NCBI RefSeq assembly: GCF_006345805.1
Contig: NC_042998.1
Span: 184,636,001 to 184,700,000 of the forward strand
DNA: 64,000 bases
DNA from: Octopus sinensis
Lineage: Eukaryota
Direction: 5' to 3'
Below are positions 27,986 to 41,064 of the stretch, piece by piece. The notes under the pieces were generated by a model. The model had not been told where the DNA came from and did no database searches. It saw only the letters and a list, made by a program, of their open reading frames with translations. A program made the translations under genes and the position numbers. Numbering within the stretch: position 1 is the first letter of the stretch; each line of letters begins with the position of its first letter.

Positions 27986-28255
27986 AGGTGACTTTTGCAG
28001 AACAGCCACTGAAAGCCAGGTGACCTAGTGTCTATACTACGTACCTAAAATCACTAGTTGACCTACTCTAAAGTTGCCGCTAAAAAATTACTAGGTGACC
28101 GAATTTAAAGTACCGATTTAGAGCTAGGTGACCTATATCAAGTACGTACTAAAAGCTACAAGGTGTACTAGTGTGTGTGTGTGTGTGGTACCTACTTAAG
28201 AGCTAGCTGACCTGGTCTGTAGTACCCACTTAAAACTACTCGGTGACCTAGGTAA
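27986..28255. repeat. Degenerate minisatellite, ~8 units of 32-44 bp
   Basis: Recurrent core (c)taggtgacct....agtac..act.aa. Confidence 0.6.
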
Positions 28256-31025
28256 CTATGTTTAGTTTTATTTTTGTGTTTGTAACCGCTTAATAAACTA
28301 TATTCAAACGTCTGGATGTATAGCCTTCTTGCGAGTTGAATCTTGTTTTAAAAATATCAATTCACTTCAATTTAAGAATGTTTTAGTTTACATGTGTTTA
28401 ATACGAAGGTAATTATTTAATAATTTTCAAGTTAGCTCCGATATGCGAATGACATTAATCACTTCTAAGCTCAACTGCACTTTCTAGATAACTATAAGCT
28501 GATGAACTATTATCAAAAAACGTTTAACAAAACTGAAACCAATGGTTGCTGTGATTATACTGTTTTATAGGCACACTAAAAAAAGTGATGTTTATTTTGA
28601 CTGGGCACAAATCCAATTTTCAAAGCGAGAAGGAGCATGTAAACCATATTTGTTTCACCGGTTTTGGATGAACTGAATGTAATATATTATGCTCTTTTTA
28701 AGCAGTCACTGTTCCCTTTAAACACTGCCGTTTTGCTAAGTAAACTCATTAATTATACAGGCAGTCCAAGCCATTCAGTTATCTCTGTAATTAGAGTTGT
28801 CTCATCTCTGTAATTATAGTTATGACGACTACAGAACCCCTCCCACCTAAATCTTCACATTCATTCCCGACGATAATTCCCTCACTTACTGATCTTTGTA
28901 GGTGGGCCTCTGTATACAGGTTATGTTCTCAGCCACGCTTTCCGAGTGCGAGTTGAATTATATATTTATTTTATCGAGTTAAAAATGGGCAGATGTGTAA
29001 GCAGGATGACAGCTGATATCTTAACCGTGACGAGAAACATCTATCAGGAATCAAAACCAGAAACAGAAATCACCTCACCAGGAGCTTAAACATTCTCCAC
29101 GAAGTTTCCTCTATCCTTGTTTATTATCTGGAATAAGGAATTGTCTATTGTATAATGTATAGGCATAAAAAAAGTAAGCAATCCCTTTATTATTGTATTT
29201 GAATTGCTAAAGGAGAAAAAGATGATAGTATGAATTACAGACTACAAAAGAACTTAGATGTGTGTGCGTGTTATTTTTTAATCTATTAAGAATATTATTA
29301 CAAATTGTGATCTCTCTGACTTAAAACACTTTAACACAAGAATAACAAATGAAATAGTGTCGTTTAACGATCGTTTAAGAAGTATGAGAAGCTACAACTT
29401 AAAAGTATTGCGATGTTTTTTCTAAACAAAACAAAGCAATACATTAAAGTGTATTTATATCAAAGGAATTGTTTAATATCTTTTGCATTTTTCCATTTAT
29501 AAGTAAATGATAAAACGTATTTTTCATATTTTGGAATATGTATTCCAAACACAGATAAAGAACAAAAAATGGCGAATATCAAAAACAGACCAAACAGCTA
29601 AGTTAAAAATAAAACATTTTAACAAATCAACCAACGAACGTTATACATCGCCAAATAAGATCATGAAGTCTGGTAAAATAGAATACAAAATAATTACTGC
29701 GAGTTATTGCTCGTTATAATTGTGGTCTGGCCACCAGCAATGCCAACACTGTCATCTATATCTCTAAAACTATAACCAACTCTGCAGTGAAACATACATT
29801 AACATCCACATTACTATAAAACTTTTTACTTTATACAATATAAAATACTGTACCATATTATACTTTTACATTACTGCTATGCAGTAGTCTGCCCAACACT
29901 ACATTACACTGAACTGAACAACACATTTATACATCAATGTTATACTGCACTGTGTAATGCCCACTAACATTGTTATAATAGCCTTCTTCCACTATATAGA
30001 CAGTATAGCCCTACATCTTGTTTATCTGAGGCAGAGAATTTTGTACCAGTAATGCACAGTATTGATTTAATCAACTCTACATTCTTCTTTTAAATTCGTA
30101 GCATTGTGCCAAAGTTAGAAGTCAATGTCTCATACATCTTTGTTTCAGGAAACTGACAATAACAACGACCACCACCACAACAATACAATACAACAAACAT
30201 ATAACAACTATAACTGGTATTTATAATGTTGAAGTCAAAGGTAAACAACATTTGTTGAATGAAACCTTAAAGACAACTGATTATATTGAAAATAAATGAA
30301 TGAATAGAGGTCAGAGTGACACAAACATGAAAACAACTTTTTCTGTTTGAAACTAAGAGATCAAAGAAAATTCATACTGAGTAGAAATCGATCTTTTGAG
30401 TTTTTAGATATAATCTTTGACGTACAAATTATATTTTAAAAGGACAATAATAATAATGATAAACAGTTTTAAAGAAATCTTTCAAAGATTATCGTATTCA
30501 ATTAAAATTTCTTAAATAGATAATGGCAGATATAAAGAGCTACAAAAACTACTCAACATAAAAATAACGTAAAAACGGCAAAAGCTAGACTATACAATAT
30601 ATTTTTTCAAAAATGTCTTTACAAAAATAACCACAGAAATCGCCACATATAACGTGTCGTGAAAATAAGACATTGACTATAGCCGGTATAAAAATGTCTC
30701 AACTCTCAATAAACCACAAACGTTATCCAATCTATAAATGTGCGATGAAAAGCAAATAGAAAGGAAAACACGGAAACAATAGCAACATAATTTTAAAGAA
30801 TAGCTGTTTGACAGAATAAAATAGAGCTCTAGTAAGTTTTCTTCTGATACGAGTTTTAAACGACGAATCGAAATGGGAAATTATATATTTACGACATTGT
30901 CTTTTTCTGTTTCTTTTCCTTTTCACTGAGCTCAAGGCCAACATTCGTAAAGAAATCTGCAAAATGTTCATTCGTACTCTCTAGACATCACATATTAGAG
31001 TGACTCTGTAATATATGTCGGTTCT

Positions 31026-31457
31026 AGGGCGGTGAACTGGCAGAAACGTTAGCATACTGGGCGAAATGGTTAGCGGTATTTCGTCTGTCGTTATGTTCTA
31101 AGTTCAAATTCCGCCGAGGTCGACTTTGCCTTTCATCCTTTCGGGGTCGATAAATTAAGTAGCAGTTACGCACTGGGGTCGATGTAATCGACTTAATCCC
31201 ATTGTCTGTCCTTGTTTGTTCCCTCTATGTTTAGCCCCTTGTGGGCAATAAAGAAATAAGAAATGTTAGCACGTCGGGCGAAATGCTTAGCGGTATTTGA
31301 TCTGTCTTTACGTTCTGAGATGAAATTCCGCCGAGGTCGACTTTGCCTTTATTCTTTCAGTGGGGGGAGGGGGTCGATAAATTAAGTACCAGTTACGTAC
31401 TGGGGTCGATCTAATCGACTGGCTCCCTCCCCAAAAATTTGTGTCTAGAGTAGAAAG
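31026..31457 (+). mobile_element. SINE family 1 tandem dimer
   Basis: Two consecutive units enclosed by a 16-bp TSD AATATATGTCGGTTCT (31010-31025, 31458-31473). Confidence 0.9.
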
Positions 31458-31959
31458 AATATATGTCGGTTCTGTTTATTTATACCCAGAAATAAAAATG
31501 TTTCCACCAATGAGAGATCAGAAAATTGAATAAATTAAATGAACCGAATTTTGTTGGAATTGTTGAGGTTGTGGTTGTTGTTGTTGTTGATCTAATTTTT
31601 ATTTCGACTCAAATTTGGTCGAACAGGCTCTAATCATCCGCTATTTTGGAAGCAGCATATTTAGGTCAACATTATCTAACGTTTCATTCATTTTTAGACG
31701 GAAGGATGTCTTTTGAGAGTGATATTTGGTTGCTATCTCTAACAGGCTACAGGACCCCATAGAAGCTCTCTTATTGACTCGCTTGTCTGTAATTAAAGAA
31801 GAAGGCTGTTACGTTGTTGATTATTCAAGCGATTGAATAAGTGAAATAGTACCATGATATAAAATCATGAGAAAAAAAAAATCAAGATCAAAAACTTAAA
31901 TCCGTCGAAGTATGGTAAGTCATTGAAATTTGAATAGCTTTTGAAGCCAGTAAAGGCAC

Positions 31960-32300
31960 ATTTTGACGATTTGGTGACAGGAGATAAAACGTGGACGTAT
32001 TTTTACGATACGAAAACGGAACGGTGTCACACCTCAAGAGCCAGTAATTGGTACGTAAAGTCATGGTGAATGTATTGGGAGATGACAAGGGCGTCACTCT
32101 CTTTGATTTTCTAGAATGCGGTTGTGTCGTGAACATTGAGACACTCGAAATATTTAGAGAAGCTATTAGTTGGAAGAGACCAAACCTGACGATGATTCCC
32201 ATTCACGATGACGATACGCGACGACACTCATCTCGGGCAAAAAATGTGACAGTTGGCAAACCTGGATCTAGGGTCTTTCGACTTCTACCTGTATCACACT
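31960..32300 (+). pseudogene. mariner transposase fragment
   Basis: LVTGDKTW.YFYD and KVMVNVLGDDKGVTLFDFL...FREAISWKRP...IHDDDTRRHSS match the mariner DDD domain. Confidence 0.75.
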
Positions 32301-32382
32301 GATTCTACTAGAGAATTACGCCAAGAGTACATAGGTCTGCGAAATGGTCAGTCACTTACACGTTAATATTAAGAAGTTTCTT

Positions 32383-32590
32383 AAGGCGGCGAGCTGGCAG
32401 AGTTGTTAGCACACCAGGCAAAATGCTTAGCGACGTTTCGTCCGTCTATGTTCAAATTCTGCCGAGGTCGACTTTGCCTTTCATTCTTTTGGGGTCGATA
32501 AAATAAGTACCAGTTGCACACTAGCGTCGATGCAATCTCCTAACCCCTTCCCTCAAAATTTCAGGCATTGTACCTATAGTAGAAAAGAAT
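32383..32590 (+). mobile_element. SINE family 1
   Basis: aaggcggcgagctggcaga...gccgaggtcgactttgcctttcat. Confidence 0.85.
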
Positions 32591-32670
32591 ATACAGAAGT
32601 TACTTATTCAGTTGAACGAACAGCTAAATCCTGATCACTGACGGATGGCTTTCTGTATTCGCGTCAGTAT

Positions 32671-32892
32671 ATATATATATAACGGGAAGCTTTATGAAAA
32701 TAAACAAAAGACGAAGGCAGGTGGAATACAAACAAACAATTGTATTAGTATGGCGCTCAGGAATATAAATAAAACAAGTCTTTTACGTTTCGAGCCTACG
32801 CTCTTCAACAGAAAGATACACAGAAAAGGAACACGGAAAGAAACAAGGAGATAAAAAAAAATGCGTGCAGAAGCTAGCGAATCAACATGGCG
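32671..32892 (-). mobile_element. Solo HHR-bearing element, family C; HHR-like motif at 32779-32816
   Basis: Reverse complement reads tcttt CTGTTGA a gagc-gtag-gctc GAAAC GTA aaaga (A6>U variant); TA flanks. Confidence 0.65.
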
Positions 32893-32907
32893 ATATATAT
32901 ATATATA

Positions 32908-33414
32908 TAGGGTGTCCCAGAATTAACTATCTATTTCAATGAAATCAGGCAAATTGAAAAAAAGTTATATGATACCAAAACAAATAGATGTATAAATCTT
33001 AGGTCAAATTTTTATTGAAAATTTTCAACATGTGCTCCGTTTGTATCCCTGCAACTTTCGAATCTATTCTTAACATTGCGAAACACATTTTGCAGCATTT
33101 CAGGAGTTACCTCCTGCTTTGCTAACTAAATGTGTTCTTTAAGCTCAGCTAAGCTATTGCGCCATCTCAGGGATTGAAGTAGACAAAAAGATTGGAGCCA
33201 AATTGAAAAAATGCTGTTGTGAAAGATAAACGAGACCCATCAGGAATGAAAATAAAATTATACAAAAAAAATATAAAAAATATAAAATTATAAACAAAGT
33301 TGAAAACTTATACACTTGTACCACATATTAAACATGATAAACATAAATAAAAGTGAGTTTTTATTAAAATTATCCGATTTCACTGAAATAGATAGTTCAT
33401 TTTGGGACATCCTG
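32908..33414 (-). mobile_element. Internally deleted Tc1/mariner-superfamily element
   Basis: ~40-bp TIRs agggtgtcccagaattaactatctatttcaatgaaatc / gatttcactgaaatagatagttcattttgggacatcctg; minus-strand C-terminus EVTPEMLQNVFRNVKNRFESCRDTNGAHVENFQ*. Confidence 0.8.
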
Positions 33415-33505
33415 GGTCGATTAACTCGACAAAATATTCTTCAAGGCGGTGCCTCAGCATAGCCGCAGTCTAATGACTGCAGCGAGTAAAATATAAAAGG
33501 TAAGA

Positions 33506-33577
<72 letters not shown>

Positions 33578-33579
<2 letters not shown>

Positions 33580-33893
33580 TACTTGTTTCAGTCATCAGAC
33601 TGTGGCCATGTTGGGCTTCTGTCTTTCTAAATCCTGGAACTTATTCTATCTGTCTCTTTTGGGGGGAAAGCTAAGTTACGGGGACGTCAACAAACCAACA
33701 CCAGTTGTGTAGCGGTGGTGGGAGAGAAATACAATCACAAAGACACACAGACATAGATGTATACAACGGGCTTGTTTTCAGTTTCCGTCTACCAAATTTA
33801 CTCAGAAGATGGCAAGAGCAGAAACACTTGCCCGAGCTGCCCCTCAGTGAGATTGAACCCAGAGCCATATGACCATACAGTTACACCTGCGCC
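33578..33893 (-). mobile_element. SINE family 2, decayed
   Basis: Homologous to 34963-35422. Confidence 0.8.
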
Positions 33894-34006
33894 TATGTGT
33901 ATATTTACACTTAAATATATACATATATTCCATACATATGTGCATATATTTGTATATACACAAAAACATATATATATATATACATATATATATATACATT
34001 CATACA

Positions 34007-34057
<51 letters not shown>

Positions 34058-34223
34058 CAAACATACAAAGATACATACATACATACATTCATACATATGT
34101 ATATGTGTATGTATGAATGTATGTACGTATACACTCATTCGCATACGTATTATAATCTGGAGTGATATAATCAAGTGGAAACTTTGTAGAACATATATTC
34201 ATATGTGCAAATTCACATGCACG

Positions 34224-34308
<85 letters not shown>

Positions 34309-34473
34309 TATACATAATACATATACATATATATATATATATATATATGTATATGTATATATATATTATATATATATAAATAAATATTATATACATATTA
34401 TATATATAATATATATATAATATATATATAATATATATATATATATACATAATACATATACATATATATATAT

Positions 34474-34659
34474 GTAGGTCCCGGGTTGATTCGGGGTTAA
34501 CCACAGTAAATAAGGTACTCAATACATAGCAGAGTAAAATTAATTTATTATATAGAAGGAGCTTCTACAGGACTAGAACTGTTTCATTCAAGAGAAATCT
34601 TCAGGAAGCTTCCTGAAGATTTCTCTTGAATGAAACAGTTCTAGTCCTGTAGAAGCTCC

Positions 34660-34668
<9 letters not shown>
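34474..34668. mobile_element. Perfect 120-bp palindrome (34549-34668) plus ~75-bp tail, family D, in (TA)n
   Basis: Centre ggaag|cttcc; arms are exact reverse complements. Confidence 0.85.
34607..34657 (+). ncRNA. Type I hammerhead motif (mirror copy at 34560-34610 on minus)
   Basis: agcttc CTGAAGA t ttc-tctt-gaa t GAA ACAG-ttctagtc-CTGT A gaagct: 6-bp stem I, 4-bp stem III, short stem II with a U-U at 10.1/11.1. Confidence 0.75.
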
Positions 34669-34740
<72 letters not shown>

Positions 34741-34962
34741 AGATAATGGTATCATTGAGACCAAAGGTGTCAGGTACTGCTGAATAAGTGCTATAGACAG
34801 TCCATAGTTAAATTCCAGGTTCGGTGATTTTGCGAATAAGGGGTTCAACGTTGGTTCTATATTAGCGTGTGTATATAAGAATATTTTGCGTAATAAGATA
34901 AAAAAACCTCCAAGACTGTGTAGATATAAGAGCATTTATAGATAGGTCTTATAGCTAGTATC

Positions 34963-35179
34963 CTTTTATTCTTTTATTTGTTTCAGTCATTTGACTACGG
35001 CCATGCTGAAGCACCGCCTTTAGTCGAGCAAATCTATCCCAGGACTTATTCTTTGTAAGCCTAGTACTTATTCTATCGTTCTCTTTTGCTGAACCGCTAA
35101 GTTACGGGGACGTAAACACACCAGCATCGGTTGTCAAGCGATGTTGGGGGGACAAACACAGACAGTCAAACATATACAC

Positions 35180-35252
<73 letters not shown>

Positions 35253-35419
35253 GACGGGCTACGGGCTTCTTTCAGTTTCCGTCTACCAAATCCACTCACA
35301 AGGCTTTGGTCGGTCCGAGGCCATAGTAGAAGACACTTGTCCAAGGTGCCACGTAGTGGGACTGAACTCAGAACCATGTGGTTGGTAAGCAAGCTACTTA
35401 CCACACAGCCACTCCTGCA

Positions 35420-35422
<3 letters not shown>
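34963..35422 (-). mobile_element. SINE family 2, full length (tRNA-like head, internal TA microsatellite)
   Basis: Head (reverse complement) ggagtggctgtgtggtaagtagcttgcttaccaaccacatggttctgagttcagtcccact has A/B-box-like motifs; multiple copies in the window. Confidence 0.85.
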
Positions 35423-35452
<30 letters not shown>

Positions 35453-36578
35453 GCAAGCCTGCACACACGCAAAAGTAAATGCATATGAAGGAAACATTTG
35501 TACATTAGCAGTCATACATGCACACACGAAGATGTTTATGTCCTGACTGATATAAACATATGCATAGAAAATGGCGTGTGCCTGCATATGTATAGCCTTA
35601 CACATAAAACATAAAACTAAGCATACATATAGCAAGCACAGAAGATATGCACACATGCGCGCGCACATACACATGCACACACTGGCATAAAAGTATACAC
35701 GCACATAGCGTATAAAGGCTATAAAAATATACACGCACAAACGCACACACACGCTCACGTAAATGCACAAGCAAAGCACTTCTATAAAGTTACACAAACA
35801 CACACACACACAAACAACATATATTGAAGCGACCCAGTTCAAACCTGGAATGCAATATTTCACCAACTTCTTGAAAGCTGTGACTCTCACATTTCTTTCT
35901 AATTAAACTGTTAAAAGATATATTACACAAATCAAAAGCACGCAGGCTGACTCCTGTGTCTACAAATGGTCGGTCTGAGCCGTCCACGCGGTGAACGACA
36001 ACCAACGCAAAACGAGATGATGGTTGAGAGAAGAAAAGAGGCGCGTGTGGACGTGTAAGTGTGAATGTGTGCGTGAGTGTATATCTGCGTGTGTGCGTGT
36101 GTGCGTGTGTGTGCGTGTGTGCGTGAATAATCATGGCTGTGTATGCTGCGAAAGTGTGTTTTTGTTTGTGAGTGTTTTCGCAAAGAAAAGACAGAGAGAA
36201 ACAGGCAGATTATAGAAAGTAAGTGAATGTAGGTGAGATGAAATGCAGATTAAATGAGAATATTAGGAAGGACAAAGAATGGGTATAAAAAAAATAAGCG
36301 GGGTGCAAACATTGAGAGAGAGAGTAAAGCGAAGATTGATACACACGGAAAAGAAAGAAGAAAAGTGAGAGGGGAAACAAAGAACAAAGTGAAAGAAGGG
36401 AACATAAGAAAAAAGAGAGAGGAAGGTAGATAGGTAGATAGATACAGAGAGAGGGGGGGACATTAAGATGTAATGTAAATCATGGACAATAAAAATCGGA
36501 TTGGGATGAGAAAGGAAAACTAGTAAGGAGGAGGTAGAGGAGGAGGTGAAGGAGAAGAGGATATATAAATAACAGACA

Positions 36579-37172
36579 TAAAGAACGCGAGAGGAAAGAA
36601 GAGGAAAGAGCTATGCCTACATAGATGCACACGCACACACACATAATACACACACACACACACACACACACATGCACACAGATACATGCATAGCGCGCAC
36701 ACACACACACATACACACGCAAGCTCGTACACACGCACACACACACACACAGTTGTATATGTCTATGTAGGTGCATGTAAGAATGCATGTTGAAGGAGTT
36801 CATTTTGTACCCCTGTGGTTCTGAGATCGATCCCAATACTCGGCACGATAGGGACTTCTAGCGTTGGCCAATACAGAGGGAAACTGTACGGAAGATCGTC
36901 GCACGAGCGCGTGTATGTCTCTGTGATGTGTATATACATATACACATACACATACACACATACACCATACACTCTTTTACGCACACACAATAACACACAC
37001 TCACACACATAAAGAACGCAGGAAGAAAAATAAAGAACTACGCCAACATAGATGCACACACACACACATACACACGCATGCACACCGACACATGCACGAA
37101 AACACACACGCACATACACACACACACACAAATATCTATGTCTATATAGGTGCACGTAAGAATGAATGATGT
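36579..37172. repeat. Diverged ~170-210-bp direct repeat flanking a decayed SINE family 2 head
   Basis: aagaacgc...acatagatgcacac...tcta..taggtgca.gtaagaatg at ~36579-36792 and ~37008-37172. Confidence 0.6.
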
Positions 37173-37239
37173 ATGTGTGTGAGTATGTGTATGTGCATGC
37201 ATATGCGTATATATATGTATGTGTACACATACAGGCGCG

Positions 37240-37620
37240 CTTAGGGGCTTAGTAGATTATATCGACCCCAGTGCTCAACTGGTACTTATTTTTATCGATC
37301 CCTAAATGATGAAGGGCAAAGTCGTCCTCGGTGGCATTCAAATTCAGAACGTAAAGACGGACAAAATGCCTGGCGTGCTAACGATTCTTATTTCTTTATT
37401 GTCCACAAGGGGCTAAACACAGAGGGGACAAACATAGACAGACAAAGGGATTAAGTCGATTACATCGACCCCAGTGCGTAACTGGTACTTAATTTATCGA
37501 TCCCGAAAGGATGAAAGGCGAAGTTGACCTCGGCGGAATTTGAACTCAGAACGTAAAAACAGACGAAATACCGCTAAGCACTTCGCCCGGCGTGCTAACG
37601 TTTCAGCCAGCTCGCCGCTT
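37240..37620 (-). mobile_element. SINE family 1 dimer
   Basis: Two consecutive family 1 units. Confidence 0.85.
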
Positions 37621-38648
37621 TAGATATTGACACGATATTGCCACTCGAAAGATATAGATAAAATACGTCTGTATCGGACCGAAATAAATAACTAGAGGCA
37701 CTATAATCCACTAAAACTCTTCATCGTTGTGCTCCAGCACGGCCGTGTGCACTGACTGGGATAAGAATATATACATACACATACGTGTGCGTGTGTGCGT
37801 ATGCGTTCTTACCATGGTTTCACGAGGTGTCACATTTATATATTATATATATATTATTCGTTTTATATGTTTATTTATGCCGCGTTCTCTTATTTCATCT
37901 CATATATTAATATGCCGAGGGGAAGAAAGCATACGTGAGCAAATGCACAATGATACTCTTCTAGGTTTACTGACAGCACAGCTTATCTCCCTTTAACCCT
38001 CCTTGTACTTCGTTCATTTATGCTTCCATTCAAAGTAATTATTTCGTTTTTTTCATTATTTTAACCCACGAGACTGACCTCTTTTAACCTACCCTAGTAA
38101 TATATCAACGGGGACGTACATCATCACGCCAATGTGAGGCTAGTGTTGATCAATCAGAAAACTAAACTTCTTCAATTATGGTTGCTGTTTCAATGTCCCT
38201 GACGAAACCTAGAATTCCCGTCAGGTCTGGTCCTGTCTTACTGACTAAAAGAAAACAAAAAAACGTTCATTCTATATTCCTGTATCGAATCCTTTTTTTA
38301 AGTTTGTTGCTATGAAAACAAATGCAGGCACACAAACATACACTCCCCCAACACACAAATGCACACGTATGCGTACACACATACACCATGAATCGTCAAC
38401 GTATACAGATGTCTGGAAATTGATACCGTTTCATTTAATTTCTCCTCCTCTTTTTGATAAAAGATTTAATCCGAAACGTTAGATCCCGTCCTTTAATTTC
38501 TTTTTCCTTAGCGCATTTATTTTCATAGCACAAACCTCTTGGTAGTTAAATTTTGTTGAAATTTTTACAAATTTTCCACCCAGTGTTTTATTTGTCTAAA
38601 TATATTTAGATCTTTAGTTCTTTTTCTTTCCTTATCATGCTTGTTTCA

Positions 38649-38728
38649 TTACTAAAATTTTCATTGCGACTTGCAATCTTTCAAAAGTCAATTGAAAAGG
38701 TTGCAAGTCGCAATGAAAATTTTAGTAA
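38649..38728. repeat. 80-bp hairpin at the head of a repeat also present at ~19935-20050
   Basis: ttactaaaattttcattgcgacttgcaa / ttgcaagtcgcaatgaaaattttagtaa; downstream taaatgagtggaaat...accgg shared with 19981-20003. Confidence 0.75.
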
Positions 38729-39904
38729 AAAATAACAAATAAATGAGTGGAAATCAGACCGGTGTGTGTTTTAAATTAATAAGGCACTAAAAGAGAATGA
38801 CGCTTCTCAGACACAATTTTAAGATGCTACCGCTTTCGTAGTTTCGTAATACACAAGACAACATGGAAGGTCAAATAGAAGCGAGAATAGCCGTGAGTCT
38901 CCGTTGAAATACTGTGCTTAAGAAGTGGAATCTTGATCTTCTCATATTCCTGATCGTTTTCATCATTGTGAGAGTTCACGATAGCAAGGCAGTGGGTCTT
39001 TAAGAGTAAGCAGGAAAGGAGAGCAATGGCGATCATACACGAAAACGAGTCGGCTGAAATCACACACGCACATACATACACACACGCAAGTGGGCCTGCA
39101 CAGACATGTACAAACACACACACACACACACACACGTATATATACATGCATGTATATTTACACAAATACATATTTTCACACACGCGTATATATGTATGTG
39201 TGCACATCCTTACGCCTTTTTCATATTACTAGAGACGCAAATGTCGAAAATGGGATTGCTAATATTATAAGTTTATTGATATAGAGACACATCATCACAC
39301 CCATACGTACATAGATACATTCATTCATCATTCATTCATACATCCATAAATATATTTATATGTGTATATATATTTACAACCTTATACGCCCTCATAGAAG
39401 CATAATATATAGACATACGCCATCGTATACACACGTGCACACACACAACACACACACACATACACACTCATATAGGCACACACACACACACATAAATGTT
39501 CGTATGCACAAATACACACATAAAGGTACACAAAATAAGAAGAGAGGGAGAGAGAGTGAGAGATGATTATGAGAGATACGGAGAGATACCTGTCCATAAA
39601 ATAAGACCATATAACAATCAAGAGTATTTGTCTGCAAAAAGTACAGTATGGGTAATTGAGCTTAAATACTTATCAGAGTTTATTACCTCGACTGATGTAG
39701 AGATAAACGAACAAACAACAAAGATTTCGGTTAATAGTCTTAATTGAATAAACAAATTATTTAGCCATGTCAATATAGACTCGAACTGGGAAGCGCTCTA
39801 CCTTATAGGCATATTTGACTGTAAATGTCCATAACATTAATTATTGCTAAATATGTATACGTGCGGATGTTTATTCTAGCATATTAATGGAATGCGGATA
39901 TTTA

Positions 39905-39969
<65 letters not shown>

Positions 39970-40141
39970 CACATATACAGATATGTATGTGTGTGTGTAT
40001 TTGTGTGCATGCGTGTGTGTGTATAAATAGATAGATAGAGTGATAGATTGAAAGATATACGTATATAAACGCACTGACAGACACGTCATAAAGACAAGAT
40101 CATACATACATATGGAAAGACATGTTTATATAATACATACA

Positions 40142-40175
<34 letters not shown>

Positions 40176-40538
40176 AGTACGTACATACATACACACTCAA
40201 ACCAAATACCTGCAGACATACACGTGCATACAGACTCGTACACAGACTCACACACAACACAAAGAAATATTACAAATCGTCATTAGAAAAGAAATATATA
40301 TATATACAGGTAGGTACCTTTCAACCACTCTAGTTAATCCAAGTTATGACTAACCGCATCGAATTGTAAGGAAAAACTTAGGACTATTTGAGGCAAACAA
40401 CCCCAATGTGTTTCATCTGATGGGTAAATCCTGGGTTCGCTATCGTTGGATTATAAACAGATCATATATATATATATATATATATGAAAAAACAAGTCAA
40501 AAATAGAAAATGCTAAGATGATTTTATAATGAACCTTT

Positions 40539-40576
40539 CAGTACCGGTTTCGGTCATTTTGAGACCTTTTCAACTG
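40539..40576 (-). ncRNA. Minimal hammerhead motif with U3-A8 core
   Basis: Reverse complement reads cag TTGAAAA ggtc-tcaaaat-gacc GAAAC cg GTA ctg. Confidence 0.7.
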
Positions 40577-40845
40577 TAACGATTAAATAATTAAATTTAG
40601 AAAAATTAGAAGAAAAGTTTTTTTTTAAAAATATTTCTGTAGTAGTGTTCAGATATAAGTAGCATTCTGCCTTTCTCTGACTCCCTGTTTGCACTTGTGT
40701 GTTCGAGGTCGACCTCGAACACACAAGTGCAAACAAGGGAGTCAGAGAAAGGCAGAATGCTACTTATATCTGAACACTACTACAGAAATATTTAAAAAAA
40801 AAAACTTTTCTTCTAATTTTTCTAAATTTAATTATTTAATCGTTA

Positions 40846-40883
40846 CAGTTGAAAAGGTCTCAAAATGACCGAAACCGGTACTA
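40846..40883 (+). ncRNA. Minimal hammerhead motif with U3-A8 core (one stem I mismatch)
   Basis: cag TTGAAAA ggtc tcaaaat gacc GAAAC cg GTA cta. Confidence 0.65.
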
Positions 40884-40969
40884 AAAGGTTCACTATAAAA
40901 TCATCTTAGCATTTTCTATTTTTGACTTGTTTTTTCATATATATCAACTCGTGTGTTCCTTCCACCCTT

Positions 40970-41064
<95 letters not shown>

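Larger units (their letters stand above)
40478..40970. mobile_element. Near-perfect ~465-bp palindrome plus ~30-bp tail, family E, in (TA)n
   Basis: Centre gaggtc|gacctc at 40710/40711 with no spacer; only a few differences between arms. Confidence 0.9.

Noticed and set aside
27986-28255. CRISPR-like array
   Set aside because: Eukaryotic context, degenerate repeats, intervening sequences similar to each other, no cas genes
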